DNA of 56,998 bases, filler included, from Sphacelaria rigidula (lineage: Eukaryota): assembly GCA_964200075.2 (NCBI GenBank). It is 6 parts of 6 records of this genome, joined end to end, with 100 filler letters (N's around TTAATTAATTAA, not from the genome) between each part and the next. Parts side by side here need not be neighbours in the genome. Positions count along the whole stretch, not along the records: positions 1 to 9,418 come from CAXNAA020008549.1; positions 9,519 to 18,934 come from CAXNAA020008550.1; 4 more parts are not named here. One strand, given 5' to 3'. Shown here in pieces: positions 1-12,368 of this stretch (positions are counted from its first letter, which is position 1; the number at the start of each line of letters is the position of its first letter). Below the pieces are notes generated by a model. That model worked only from the letters and a program-made list of their open reading frames with translations. It was not told the origin of the DNA and searched no databases. The position numbers were made by a program, and so were the translations under genes.

Positions 1-541
1 ATCGCCCGGCAGGACGTGGCACGCTGGGCACGTCGGTTTGGCATGCATGATCACGAGTACACCCCACCCCAAACCAACCCAAAAGCGTCACGAAAAAAAT
101 GGTCATGAAGCGCCTGATGTATGGGTTCAGGCTGCATGAAGCGCCTCATTTGGGCGATATCGGCGAGAACGAACGCAAGCGTGGGAATTCCCAGCTACTC
201 GTTGTGCTTGGCTTTTTCCATTTCAATTTACGTGAAGATTTTGTCTCCCAAAACCAGGCACTTTTTTTTTGGGGGGGGGGGGCTATCGTAGGAAGTGCCC
301 TGCCGAGAAGACATATTCGTCACATGTCATTACAGTCTCCGCCAACCCCGATTGAATACTCACCCACATATGGCTACCAGAACATCCTCTCGCACGCTAT
401 TTAATGCCTCCCGCCAGCGCTGAATAGCGCTCATGACTGCCGGCAGAGGGACCTTCTTCTTCTCCTGTATCTCGTCACTTTCTGCAGTACTACCGCTACT
501 GCTACCTTTAGGGCCACCACGTTTTACGTCAGGAGCAGCTG

Positions 542-2727
542 TTACGGCGGCGGTGGTGGGTCTCTGACTGCTGAGCGCGTCGATGTCAGCGAAGTATTGC
601 CAGGAGCGATCCGACAGGCAGGTTCTCGAGCGAGTAACCTTCTTAGGTTAGCCTCCTCGTCGGTGCTCCTCCTTGCCGCAATCACGACGTTCTTTATCAT
701 ATCAGCAGGGTTGTCTCGGTGATTCCCACGTACCCTCCCTCCAGTTGTACACATGCTACGTCCGAGTTGATTGGCGCAGGCCACTTGCAGAGCGGTCGAC
801 CTTCCGGACGTGTCTAGTAATGGGTCCGCACCGTATCGCGTGGGCTTGCGTGCGATCTTAGCGTAGCCTCGTTGAGCGGCCACGCTCAGAGGCTTTGCTT
901 TCATGCGAAGGTCCGGACCATCTATCAAGACTGCTCCCATCGTGTGACACAGCAACCACACGACCTCGAGAGATCTTTCTTCTTCTTCTTCTTTGGTTGT
1001 AATGATTCATTCGTCAGCTTTTTTTGAGATTCTGCACCACAAAGATGAGCAACGACAGTGAGAGCTTTGCCTCCATGCCCCCTCACCATTAAGGCGCCTA
1101 CACCCACTTTGTTTTAGCAGATGCTCTACAAGTTTGACCCGCTCAGAAAAGGCGGCAGCCATCAGAGGGTATATTCATTCCTTTTTGACCACGTTCAAGT
1201 TCACCCCCGCATTGTCCGACAACTGCACCGGGTCAAGGTTACCTTCCGAAGAAGCCGCGTGCGGCAGGGTCCAGCTGCGGCTTTCCCTTGGCACTGTGGG
1301 ATCTTCCCCGCTTGCGACGAAGACCTCCATCATCTCGCCGCTATTATCCTGGACACAGGGGCGCATTAGAGGCATCATATCACCTTTCTCCACTGCTGCA
1401 TTGGGGTTAGCCCCAGCATCGCGCAACAACCTGACGACATCCATGTGCCCCCTGTGGTCGGCTGCAATCAACGGCACACATCCGCTACCAGGCGCGGATT
1501 CAATGTCTGTTAAGTTCGACCGGCTTGGAGGATCACTCGAACAAGTTCAACACTTCCCACGCAGGCTACTTTTTCCAGAGCGGTGTCGCACGTGTGGTCC
1601 TCATCGCATGAAGTGGGCGATTAAATGATCAGCACCATGGTCTAGCAGTACCTGGGCAATCTCAGCTCGAGCTATTGGATAGCGTGTCAGGAGCATTAAG
1701 GCGGTGTGGGCGTCCTTATGCCGCACATCTAAACTAGCCCCTAGCGGCACCGACACGGCCACTTTCGCTGCGAACTTGTCGATGCGCTCCCCGCCGTTCG
1801 TACTATGGTGGTGTTTCGATTCATTTCTGCTGATCTCGAGCAACACTACATGCAACAGCGGCAAGCGTACGAAAGGGGCTGGCGGATTTCCCCGGCATTA
1901 ACCAGAATGAGCGTGATTTCATATTTCTGGCGTGTAATCGACGCGAATATATTGGCATCGTCGTACCACGCGTCATGTGATGGCCGTCCGATGCATGAGA
2001 ATATTGCTAATGCAAACCCGCGCCAGCCATGAGAAGCAGATTGACGATGCGTTCGTAAAGCTGCCGACAGGCGATCGCCAAAGCAATCTCGCCTTGTCGA
2101 TTCAGCGCATTCGGGCAAATGTTCTGCGACGGGCAGTGTGCAATCCCATGACTGTCCCCTTTCCAGGCCGACGCGTGGACACGTGAATGAGCTGACTTTG
2201 GTGTCATTCTGACCCAAGTTGGACTGCCAGAGGTTCAGCGCGGCGTGCCAATGTTATTGCAGAGAAAGCCGACAGGCAACTGATATTCAGGGGAAGCTTG
2301 CTCAATCTTCTATGCCCATCTGTACCGCGGCGCTTCAAGTTCTATACGCTGTGGATACTCCAATGTATGACACCCCCCCCGCCCCCCCTCGTCCCATGCT
2401 CCGTCTCGCAAGGGATGCGTGGTCAATGATCAAACGACTAAGGCAAGCAAAAAATGCGTACGCCCCCCGCCTCGTCCCGTGTGACACCACAGTAGAACTC
2501 AGAACACAAAATGCTCACAGCGCACGATTCATCGCTTGGGTACAAGCTGCATGCTCGAGTATTGCACGCCACTGTCCGGACGGAGTTGAGGATCCCCGCG
2601 TTTCTACCAGCTTCATGTGCCCAACTATTGCGCAGCACTTCCCGGGCACGCTCAGGATCTACCATAATTAAACCTGGCACCGAGTTTATAGGTCGTTGTT
2701 GTTGTTCCTCACACTAACCCTTGTCCA
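542..2727 (-). pseudogene. Degenerate multi-ankyrin-repeat protein gene (frameshifts and stops, no evident introns)
   Basis: Successive minus-strand ORF pieces in different frames carry ankyrin motifs: NALNRQGEIALAIAC..IVNLLLMAGA (2007-2207), GASLDVRHKDAHTALMLL..IAQVLLDHGAD (1601-1864), PLIAADHRGHMDVVRLLRDAGANPN (1175-1477), PLSVAAQRGYAKIA..YGADP (542-961). Ends are approximate. Confidence 0.8.
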
Positions 2728-2839
2728 TGAATCTAGCGCTCGGAGTCACGAGACCTTGACACAAGAAGACAGATGAAAGAAAAAATGAATAATACGGTGC
2801 CCCACAGGGCGGCGTTCTACAAACACGTCAGCGAAAACA

Positions 2840-3800
2840 TCCACACCCACACACAAACACACAAACACACACATACCTAGGAATAGAAAGAACAAACTAA
2901 ATAGCAAGAAACCGTTGGCAACATGGTACGCGCGCCAGAAGAGGCAAGACAGGCCAAATTGAGAAACGACTCAGGTGGCCATTCTGAACGAGTTAGGACA
3001 GTGCAAGGTAAGGTACGGCACGGCGAGACGACGTGATAAGAGTCGAAGGATAATAGCATCCAAGTACGAGCCTACAGAAGGGAAATAACAGAAAAGCACA
3101 GAACGAAACAAGGCAAGACGGGACAGGACAAGACAAGACAAGACAAGATAAATCGAAGTAAGATCAGACAGGCCAGGACGAAACAAAAGAAGCAATGAGT
3201 TGATCATTGCAACACAAACGGGGGTGGCGAGGGGAGGGGGGGAGGGGGGGGGGGGGGGGATCGTGAGTGGGTCACGAATCTTGCCATGTGTTCTGCCTCG
3301 TCCATCTTCGTCCGTTCTCTGGCGGTGGGTCAGGGGGGCTCCTACCCGCTTTCCGAGTTCTTCTCTCCCTCCTCCCGTTCCTTTGCCGTTTTGCTTTCTT
3401 TTCTGCCCGTTCGCAACCTCGCCTTCCTTTTTCGTGTGTTTGCTCCATTCTCCTTTCTTTCCAAAGGGGAAATCGCTGGTGTTTCTCGTTCTTGTCGATG
3501 CCATTTCGCCATGAACCATTCCACACCCTCCTTGATCTTGTCGTATCATTCGTGCCGTTCCTTGGCGCTCGTTTTTCACCTCCTACCCTTCATATCTTGT
3601 TCCATACCTAACAACTCAAGGGCCGCTGCTAGGCAATACATCCAGTTGCGCTCTTACCCCCTCTAAACTCCTTTCCCCCTCCAACGTTCCCAGCACGACG
3701 CGCTTTGGAAGTCGATCGTCTCCCGTGCAAATGACGAATCCCGCGACGAGCAGTCTCCGCTTGCGCACGATGGCCTTGATGGTACGGTGCAGTCGGTTTT
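2840..3800 (-). mobile_element. RTE-like LINE, 3' portion (ORF C-terminus, 3' UTR, (GT)n tail)
   Basis: IKAIVRKRRLLVAGFV..DDRLPKRVVLGTLEG (3616-3800) is typical of the RTE post-RT region. It is followed by a simple-repeat-rich UTR ((GACAA)n near 3115-3148) and a CA/GT tract at 2840-2876. Confidence 0.75.
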
Positions 3801-4213
3801 TGTGCACTTGTGAGGTGTTGTTTGATGTAGCTCAGGCGCGCTTCCTCGCAGTGCACCGTTTTATAGCGGAGCAAGACAATTGTCACGAGAAATCTTGATG
3901 GGTTGAGCAGACGACGTACCCGAGTGGGGCGCTGCACCGCCGTGCTTTTCGTTACTCATTCAGACGTCACCCGCTGGTGTACAGCTCTATCTGAACCTTC
4001 GCTCTCTGAATCTCAGCCCTAAACCCCAACTGTAGAGCTTACAATATAGAGCCGCGGAGCCGGTCTGGCTAGACTAAACACTGGCTACAGTACTGGTTCC
4101 CGGACCGTTTCTGTCGGTACTTTGTACTGAACCGCACTGGCTCCTACCAGGCTGGTTGACTACATGCCCGAGAATCTACGTATGAGATCTATGTCCAATA
4201 CATAATCTGCACA
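3801..4213. mobile_element. Solo LTR (413 bp) inserted in the LINE
   Basis: Starts TGTGCA and ends TGCACA (TG...CA with inverted ends). Flanked by a 5-bp TSD GTTTT (3796-3800 and 4214-4218). Removing it rejoins the LINE peptide YADALLKT/DC..IKAIVRK. Confidence 0.88.
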
Positions 4214-5202
4214 GTTTTGAGAAGGGCATCGGCGTAGGGCAGGAGGCGGTCCGTGCACGTTCTTTTATTCCACCCGATACAGCGTATACGCAACAGGCAG
4301 TGGGTTAATTTGAGCTCGATGATGTGCTTCGATCTCAGGTTCCACGTCGTGCACCCATACAGAACGATCTCCACCACCTCGGCTTGGAACAGTCGTACTT
4401 TGAGTCGGAAGAAAAGCTCCCGGCGGGCGTACATCGATTGGCCATTCCGGGACAGAACATTTTCCATCTCCTTGTCCACCTTCCGTCTCCGCAACGGGTC
4501 CCCCCCGAGGTACAGAAACTTGCCGGTGTGCCGGTATGCCTGGCCACCAGGGTTGACCCTAAATTGGTATTCCTCCATCCCGTACGACAGCAAGCACATG
4601 ATTCCCGTCTTCGGCTCCGACACCAGTAGTGCGAACGAACCGCAAACTCACACAATGGTCGACAATTTTCTCGAGGCTCCCGGCGATCGCGAAACGATGC
4701 CACGTCATCGGCTTATATCATACCACACAGCGGCTTCGCGGCCTTCGCCATCGTAGTCTCCCCCTTTTCTCTTGTCTTCCTTTCGGTATTCACCATGTCC
4801 GCCTTCACCTCGACGTCTTTGGCGAAATCGTCTACTAACACCATGGGCGTTGCGGTGAAGAAAATATTGAACAGCAGCGGTGCCAGGTTGCGTCCCTGTC
4901 GGAGCCCCTGGTCCACGTCGAACCAGTCGATGCACGTCCCATGGCCCATCTGCACACGCGTTTTCATGCCATCGTGAAACTGAAGGATGTTCGCCGGCGT
5001 CTTGCGAAACACGCCGAATCGCTTGAGCACGGTCCACAACAGCTTTCGGTGGACGGAGTCGTATGACTTCGTGAGATCGATGAAGCACACGTAGAACGGG
5101 GTGCTCTTCTTCCGCGCCAGCTCGTAGAGTCACTTGACCACACACATCGTGTCGTCGGCCGAGCGGGCTGGACGGACGCTACTTTGCTACTTCAGGAGGA
5201 TA
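4214..5202 (-). mobile_element. RTE-like LINE reverse transcriptase domain (decayed)
   Basis: CFIDLTKSYDSV..LWTVLKRFGV..QFHDGM..FDVDQGLRQGRNLAPLLFNIFF, FLYLGG and LYGCTTW motifs, with frameshifts and stops. Confidence 0.92.
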
Positions 5203-5748
5203 AATTTGTTTTATACGTCTCTGGCCTCGGCATATAAGACAGCACCGACTGTCTGGCCGCTCACAACCCCCATCGTGTGAGCATGGAACACTGGGATATT
5301 AAGACCTTCTAGTAGCCACCCTGACCACGCTGGTCACTCAATACAGAATCCACTGCGTATGACTCTGGGCTGAATCTAAATTAACAGAGATAACTCGTCA
5401 ACTTCTCGTGCAGCACCAACCGCACGAGTTGAGGTCGTAGACAAGTTCACAGCTCTGACTGAAAACTTGCAGCAAAACACAAGAGATATATTTCGAGGTA
5501 CCATGTATTCATGGCATATTGCTCAAACAAGACAATGGTATCAAACACCGAACTACTTTGACATACCCATCACACTGTAGACTCAAGTTGATTCCACATT
5601 GGGCATGTGGAGGAGAAACTGGAAGCTCAGAAGACTGGATAAGAGGACGAGTTGATGACCGATCTCGACGGGGGTATAACCCAAAGCTTGAAACATGACA
5701 AAACTTGAGATCCTACTTATCCGTTACCCGCTACTACCTCAGAGATTC

Positions 5749-6310
5749 CAAGATTGTGTTCTGTAGGGTACGGTTTTCTGTATACTCGGGGTATTTTGCC
5801 GGGTAGTTACCGTACCCGACAGTTCTGCGACTTCTGTAAGACTTTCATACCGGTGCCCGACAGTTCTGTAAACTCTGTAAGACTTTCATACCCTTACCCG
5901 ATAGTTCTGTAATCTCTGTAAGACTCCCGTACCGTTACCGGGGGGCACGGGTACGCTCTTGATAAGATACCTGATTGCGGGTACGGTTTTCTGTGCAACC
6001 TCTATACCCTACCCGACAGTTTCTGTGAGTTCTGTAAGCCTCTCATACCCGTACCCGGCAGTTCTGTGTGTTCTGTACAGAATCTTTATCCGTACCCGGA
6101 GCGCGGGTATGCTCGGGAAGAAATACCCGATTGCCGGTGCCGATTTTCTGTAAGCCTACCACACAGTACCCGACAAGTTCTGTCACCTCTGTAGGGCTTT
6201 TATCCAGTATCAGTACCCGACAGTTCTGTGAGCTCTGTAAGCCTCCCATATCCCTACCCTGAGTCAGGGTATACCGTTATAGCTATACCCGATTGCAGGT
6301 ATGAGCACAG
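5749..6310. mobile_element. MITE-like element copy 1 (right end lost) with ~40-bp internal tandem repeats
   Basis: Begins CAAGATTGTGTTCTGTAGGGTACGG. Internal unit ~GTACCCGACAGTTCTGTGAGTTCTGTAAGACTTTCATACC. Colinear with the copy at 6936-7514. Confidence 0.8.
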
Positions 6311-6935
6311 GTATAAGTTCAATCAAAACACATCCTCACGACCTGAACATGTAGCTCCCATCGATCAACCCATCCAACTCCTTCATTCAAACCTGCACAC
6401 CAACAATAATTCAGTGTTGAAAAGTTCTTTGGTTTGGAATCTGACGGGATACGAGGTGCCGCTGAGGAACACGAAACATGAGCAGCACTGCAGACCGTCA
6501 GGTTGGATCACCCCCAGACTCGAGCGGTGGCTCGAGCGGGGGCGGTTCATCTGCACCACAAGAGGATCAAGTAGCAAGATGCACGTCATCGACGTTGATC
6601 GTAGTTGTGTGGTAGTCATCAAACCCCAGGCCGTTATCGACATGTACAGCACATATCGAGCTGCCACCAAAAGTCGTCAAGGCCGCCGGCGATTTTGTCG
6701 CGTGCCGAAGGGCTTCTAGAGAGCGGGCAGCCGTGAATGCTCCTCCATGTACTCTCTAGGAGTGTACGTGAAGCCGATAGATGTTGACGGTCCCGTGCAC
6801 ATGTACTACCGCGATTGTTCGTGTAGTCTTTTTTCATCAACCCCGTGAAGCCGCTCAGAGTTTTGGTGAACTGTCATCTGTATTTCGCCACTGTTGTAGT
6901 GACATAGGTCCCACCACAAGGGTGATAATGACACC

Positions 6936-7514
6936 CAGGCCGTGTTTTGTAGGGTACGGTTTTCTGTGTACCCGGGATATGTTGCCGAGTATTTACCGTA
7001 CCCTACAGTTCTGTCAACTCTGTAAGATTTCCATAACGGTACCCGACAATTCTGTAATCTCTGTAAGATTTTCATACCCGTACCCGGTAGTTCTGTGAGT
7101 TCTGTCAAGCCTCTCGTACCGTTACCGGGGGGCTCGGGTATGCTTTCGATAAGATACCCGATTGCAGGCACGGTTTTCTGTGCAACCTCTATACCCTACC
7201 CGACAACTTCTGTGAGTTCTGTAAGCCCCCCATACCCTTACCCGATAGTTCTGTGAGTTCTGAACGAAAACTTTACTCTAACCCGAGGGGCGGGTATGCC
7301 CTAAAAGAGTTACCCGATTGCCGGTACCGGTTTTCTGTAAGCCTCCCATACCGTACCCGACAAGTTCTGTCACTGCCGTAATACTTTCATACCGGTACCC
7401 GACAGTTCTGTAAACCCTGTAAGACTTTCATATCGGTACCCGATATTTCTGGAAGTTCTGTGGGGAATCTCATACCCTACAGAACGTACCCGTACCTTAC
7501 AGAACACAACCTCG
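6936..7514. mobile_element. MITE-like element copy 2 (complete, ~25-bp TIRs, CAGG start suggests hAT-like)
   Basis: Left end CAGGCCGTGTTTTGTAGGGTACGG and right end CCGTACCTTACAGAACACAACCTCG are inverted repeats. Same ~40-bp internal unit as copy 1. No clean TSD seen. Confidence 0.8.
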
Positions 7515-7814
7515 CAATCATGCGTCCCGGGGTAGTCCAAGGAACACAAGTTCAAAGTTTCGTTGCGAAACCCGAAAACGTGGTGCATTATTTTATCGCA
7601 TTAACGTTGAACATACCCGAAAAAGACGTTTTCAGTCTAGAATCAAGTCGGTAGGATATTGCACGTTCTGAGCTCACTTCATCGCACAAAAGCGTGAATG
7701 CATTCACCTGGTTAGATTCGAATCTCTTCAGAACAAGTACGTGGGCATATACATCCAGAAAAAAATCAGTGGATCTAGGAAGTGTTTACCGATTCGGGAA
7801 TCAACCAGTGAACA

Positions 7815-9125
7815 GACCCGCGCTCCCAGTAGTTGCTGAAGCGTGTGGCGACGAGCTTGAGGAGCACTTTGCCGGCGTGTGCCACAAGGGAAATGTCCCG
7901 GTAGTTGCCACACTCCATCGTGTCCTTCTACTTGAATAGCACCTTTATGGCGGCGTACTTCCACTGCTGCGGCGCCTCGTCCGTCTGCGACATGGCGGCG
8001 ATGATGTCATCATTTTTTCAGAAGATATTTCGATCTCGATCGAGGAATAATGTGATGAGCCCCGCCGAAAGCTCGTTCGGCTTCGCCGTTTTTCCTGGTG
8101 GCTATTCTTCGTATCTCTTCCTCGACCTTGAACCTGGATGGCATTTTCATCGAGTGGCACACACTTGGGTGGCTGCATGAACTGCTTGGCCATTTCGCGG
8201 GTTAACGCTAGCGACTTGGTGTCGAGGAGTTTGTGGAACTATGCGTCTTACCGCTCGCGGATGAGCGCGGGGTCCCGCAGCAGCTTGCCTTCCTCGTCCT
8301 TGATGCCCTGCCAGGCGAAATACCGTTGTCTTCCACGTCCAGACTATTCTCGTTTTGGGAAAAGCCGCCCACATCTCCTTCACGGCTTCTTTTCTCAAGC
8401 TACGTTGCGGACCTCTCAAAGTACGCACGCACCGCCTTGTCTCTCCGATGGTTGGGCTCTTTCGCCGTTCTCTTCAGTTCTCGAAGGAGAGCGGTGTCCG
8501 TTGGGGCACCGCGATATTGTCACCGAGCCGCCTCCCTTTTCATCTACACTTTGTTTAATTTCACGTTTCTTTTTCTCGCTCGCACCCCAACCCTTCGGCC
8601 CTCGTTTGAACTTGGTTTGGGGGGCGGTCTTCGCGGCTGCAGACGACACGGTATCCGTTACCGCCGTAGTCATCTCACACACGGTCGACCCAGGAATGGT
8701 GATGACGGGGGAGCATAGGATCGTGTGCTGGAATTCATTCCAGGGGGCATCCTCCGCCTTCAGTCGTTCGAGGTCGATGGTGGTCCGTCCGCTGCTGTTT
8801 TCGCTGACTCTTCTGCGTCGGTTGGGAGCGATTCGGGCACGAAGTCGAACGGTAGCGTACACGAGGTTGTAGTCTGAGTATTTAAAGTCAGCGCGGTGTA
8901 CTGAAAGACTGCGCACAATCTTAGGTCCGCTTGTCGCACGACTTTGTAGTCAAGGCGGTCTTGTGCCTTCCCGTTGTTGGCTTGTTGGAACGTGCGTGAG
9001 GCTCCGCCTTCCGGTGTGCTGAAGAATATGTTGGCGACGGAGAGTTTGTTTTCTCCGCAGAAATCGAGCCGTCGTTCCTTGTTGTCACTTAGCGTATCAC
9101 GCTTTTACGTACCCAGCACCTTGGT
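7815..9125 (-). mobile_element. RTE-like LINE, 5' portion (APE endonuclease C-terminal half, linker, RT N-terminus), 5'-truncated
   Basis: LDFCGENKLSVANIFF..DRLDY..SDYNLVYA (endonuclease) and [35 protein letters not shown] (RT start). The latter continues naturally into ILLK*QSSVRPARS at ~5200. Confidence 0.88.
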
Positions 9126-9418
9126 ATCACTACGTGCGACAATGTGAACGGTGTGAACCGTCAGGCGAGGCGATGATTTTCTTCCTCGATATTTAGGCAA
9201 GGCTAGAGTCTAGGTGGTAGGATCTGTGACGCCAGCAGGTTGCTAGTACTGCAGCGTCTAAATGCTGTTGAGGGACTCCCCAGTTTCACTGGCCTCGAGG
9301 TCGCAGTTGTCAGCCTTCACAACACCTTATCATAACCGGAGTAAACAGCTGCAACCCCCTACAATCAGGCCTGGGCTACACAGCAAGGGTCATCATCCAC
9401 AGGATGCCCTTGTCCCCT

Positions 9419-9518
9419 NNNNNNNNNNNNNNNNNNNNNNNNNNNNNNNNNNNNNNNNNNNNTTAATTAATTAANNNNNNNNNNNNNNNNNNNNNNNNNN
9501 NNNNNNNNNNNNNNNNNN
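9419..9518. other. Artificial 100-bp spacer N44-TTAATTAATTAA-N44
   Basis: Identical spacer recurs every 9516 bp. The core has stops in all six frames. Confidence 0.97.
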
Positions 9519-10628
9519 AAGGTGCGGGGTATGCCATCAGCCCAGCCGCACAGCGTGAATCGCTTTTTCTTCGTCAACATCGTCTACACCATCCCCACTT
9601 GTTCCACGATACTCGACACTTGTGCTAACTGTTTGAATATTCTTTGCTGCTTCGGTTTTGCGGTATATGAGTCAAAGGGTTAAGTGGGGTTGGTGTTGTG
9701 GGTGACGCCCGCAACTACTGCCACTTTTCGTGTTCTTGACTGCTGATTTTGAGCAAGACGGTGAATGTGGGGTGGAACGTGGTGGGCGTGTGCTTCCCGA
9801 GTGCAACAGCTGAACAATACAAGCACAAAACAATATATCAGTGCAGTCGCTGGAGCAACTACATTTCCACGACACCGACCACTCGCAGGCATGTAAATAT
9901 GTACTCAAATTAGAGTTCATTTCATATGAGCGAGATCGTTATTCGGAGAAGACGTCTGTATTTGTGATTGATACGATTGGCTCGTTTACGGGTCAGTTTT
10001 TCTGCAGTGGATAGTGGTCGGTCCATTTTACATATATATAGTGCCCAAAATCGGGCCCCCCATTCACCCCCATAACAGCGTACACTGTCCCCATAGCGCC
10101 TGCGCGGAAACGCGGTGACAGTGTACAACCATTTCAACAGTTCGTGTGGAAGCGCCACGGAGATGAACATGTTTTCTTGTGGTGTTGATCAGAAATGAGA
10201 AGTATCGACTGTCACAAATCTATTGTAGTGGAGATTATTCTGGCTTGCATTTGACTTCAACGGTGGTCTCGTAGTCTCAAAGTTGGTCATTTCCATGGAC
10301 AATCATATTTTTCTCGAAAAAGTGCACACCGTGAAAAATACATGGTCAATAGATGCAATAGACGAAAAGTGTACTGCATGAAGTATGGGTGATGGCGTTC
10401 ATGATGTTATTGGGTGCTTGCGCTGCTGGCATGACACGGTGTGAAAAATGGAAATGGATGGAAAGCTCCCAAAAGCACATCTGTCGTTAAGAACGAACCT
10501 AGTCCGTAGCTTTCAAGGCGGAAGTCATGTCTCCGTAGGCATTTATTTCGATCAATGTCACCGACAACCAGATAATCGCCCAAAAATATGAGATACGAGC
10601 GGTTAAAGTTATCGCTCTTCACTTGCAG

Positions 10629-12122
10629 GACAACAGTGAGCGTGGCAACAGCAAACGACCTTCAACGATCCATCTCGCTGATGTAAGTTCACTGTGAAAT
10701 TTGAATCACATTACGAGTATGTGTGCTCTTGTCGATCGCGCTCTGCCGCCAGGGATCTTGGGACAGGAAAAACATGCTTCGCGCGAGGTTTTATTCGAGC
10801 GAGGGTCGCTGACCCTCACCTTGTGGTTACGTCACCTTCCTATCTCCTGGATAACACCTACGAAATGAGCGTGGAAGACGTCACGTGAGTTTTCCGCGTG
10901 ACGTAAACTCGAACTGTCGCACGTTTGTTCCCCACGGTGTGATGTGTTGGGTTGCAAATAGTGCCGAAACGCGAGAACCTACTGTCTGTGGCTATCCCCG
11001 ATAGTCGTGGCAGTCCAAATAAGTTGTTTACAGTTGCCTTACAACCATCTTTTCCTTTCTGCGACATGTTTTGCACTGCAGCCTACAACATGTTGGTCAG
11101 CTGTCTTATATCTGTGAACATTCGATGCGCTCAAATGCTCACCCACTCGTCTCTGGTACGCCTCTCAGCATTTCTGCCTTCCGGCCTCTCCCGGGTGACC
11201 CAACAACGTGCTCATGATATTTTCCAGAATTCATCATGTGGACCTATATCGCCTTCAAGGAGGTGTCGATCTTCATGTGCTCGATATACCTAGGGTGCTG
11301 GAGACATGCGTGTGCCTGGTTGAATGGCCTGACCGACTAGGGACAGCAATGCCCGTAGATAGACTCGGTGAGAGGAATGCGTCGTCTTGTACGTGACAAT
11401 CCAACGAAGTCGTCCACCTTGACCGACCGAAGCATAACTTGAATGTGGAGTCCCCACCCTTGGACACGTTAGATATGATACCAGAATTACCATGGACATG
11501 GGGTAATATACTGCGCCTACGCACGGCGGTCTGATTATCTTGGGGGATGATGATTTCAAGTAAAAGATCGGAAACAGCGAAGCAGTGCTGCAATGTGATA
11601 GCGGCCATCATGTAGGATTTAGACTAACACTGTAGCCAAGTGATTAGGACCGCCCGTGCTGAATCCAACTGATTTGATATCCCATATTAACTTTAAGTGA
11701 GTTGATCAGGGGTACTCTCAAACCAAGAAATCAGAGTCTTGCAGTATAAAATCAAGACACTGCGACTATCATGTGGGATTTATACTACCACACTGTAGCC
11801 AAGTGATTAGGAATGCCCGTGCTGAATACAAGTGATATATTCCGCCATACAAAACACGATTCAATCTCGCACCGGAGGTCGTTCTTCATAATGCCGGCTC
11901 GACTGGTTCATTACCCCAGCTCGATGTATTATCGGCTAGAGCATCAGAGTGAACCAACCAGCTCTCTGTTTGCTCCGGCGCTCCCCTTTAAATGCAGATG
12001 TTCATCTTGCTGCTGTAAATGAAGACGAGCGCATTGTAACGCTCACTGGGCGTGGCGACTGGTGGGCAGGGGCAGTGGATGAATGGCGATGCAGTCGAGA
12101 AACCACGGATGCGTTACAGTAA
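10629..12122 (+). CDS. tsaE: tRNA threonylcarbamoyladenosine biosynthesis ATPase TsaE/YjeE, spliced. Exons 10629-10682 (tentative), 10753-10884, 11228-11367, 11998-12122; start exon not identified
   Basis: Phase-consistent GT-AG exons give DLGTGKTCFARGFIRA..VTSPSYLLDNTYE..IHHVDLYRL..VCLVEWPDRL..DRLDVHL..ERIVTLTG, the diagnostic TsaE motifs. Stop TAA at 12120-12122. Confidence 0.9.
11627..11841. repeat. ~50-bp direct duplication in a TsaE intron
   Basis: ACACTGTAGCCAAGTGATTAGGA..GCCCGTGCTGAAT occurs at ~11628 and ~11790. Confidence 0.8.
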
Positions 12123-12368
12123 TAAAAATAGTCGACGGCGACATCCGGTCGGGCACTACTGCAGCGGATCGAAATCCATGCGAGTTATTGCGCTGGTCTG
12201 ATTTTCTGCAGTGCATCCCATCAGCATCGTATGTCAATCATCGAATATTGAGCTTTTCGTTTAAGATCGCAGCGGGGTACACTGGGAGTACAAGAGCAAG
12301 TTTCCAAGGAAACGATTCGCGGTAATCGTGTGCCGCGGATAAACCATTCCCTTTGTTGTGTCGGGTAC

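Noticed and set aside
2971..3666. Several overlapping 100-200 aa ORFs
   Set aside because: Low-complexity LINE 3' UTR, open by composition.
5749..7514. CRISPR-like appearance of the ~40-bp periodic repeats
   Set aside because: Units are homologous along their whole length with no unique spacers, they are bounded by TIRs, and there are no cas genes in this eukaryotic context.
9537..9670. Possible terminal exon on the minus strand (..EAAKNIQTV..HAVRLG*)
   Set aside because: No convincing acceptor and no in-phase link to another exon.
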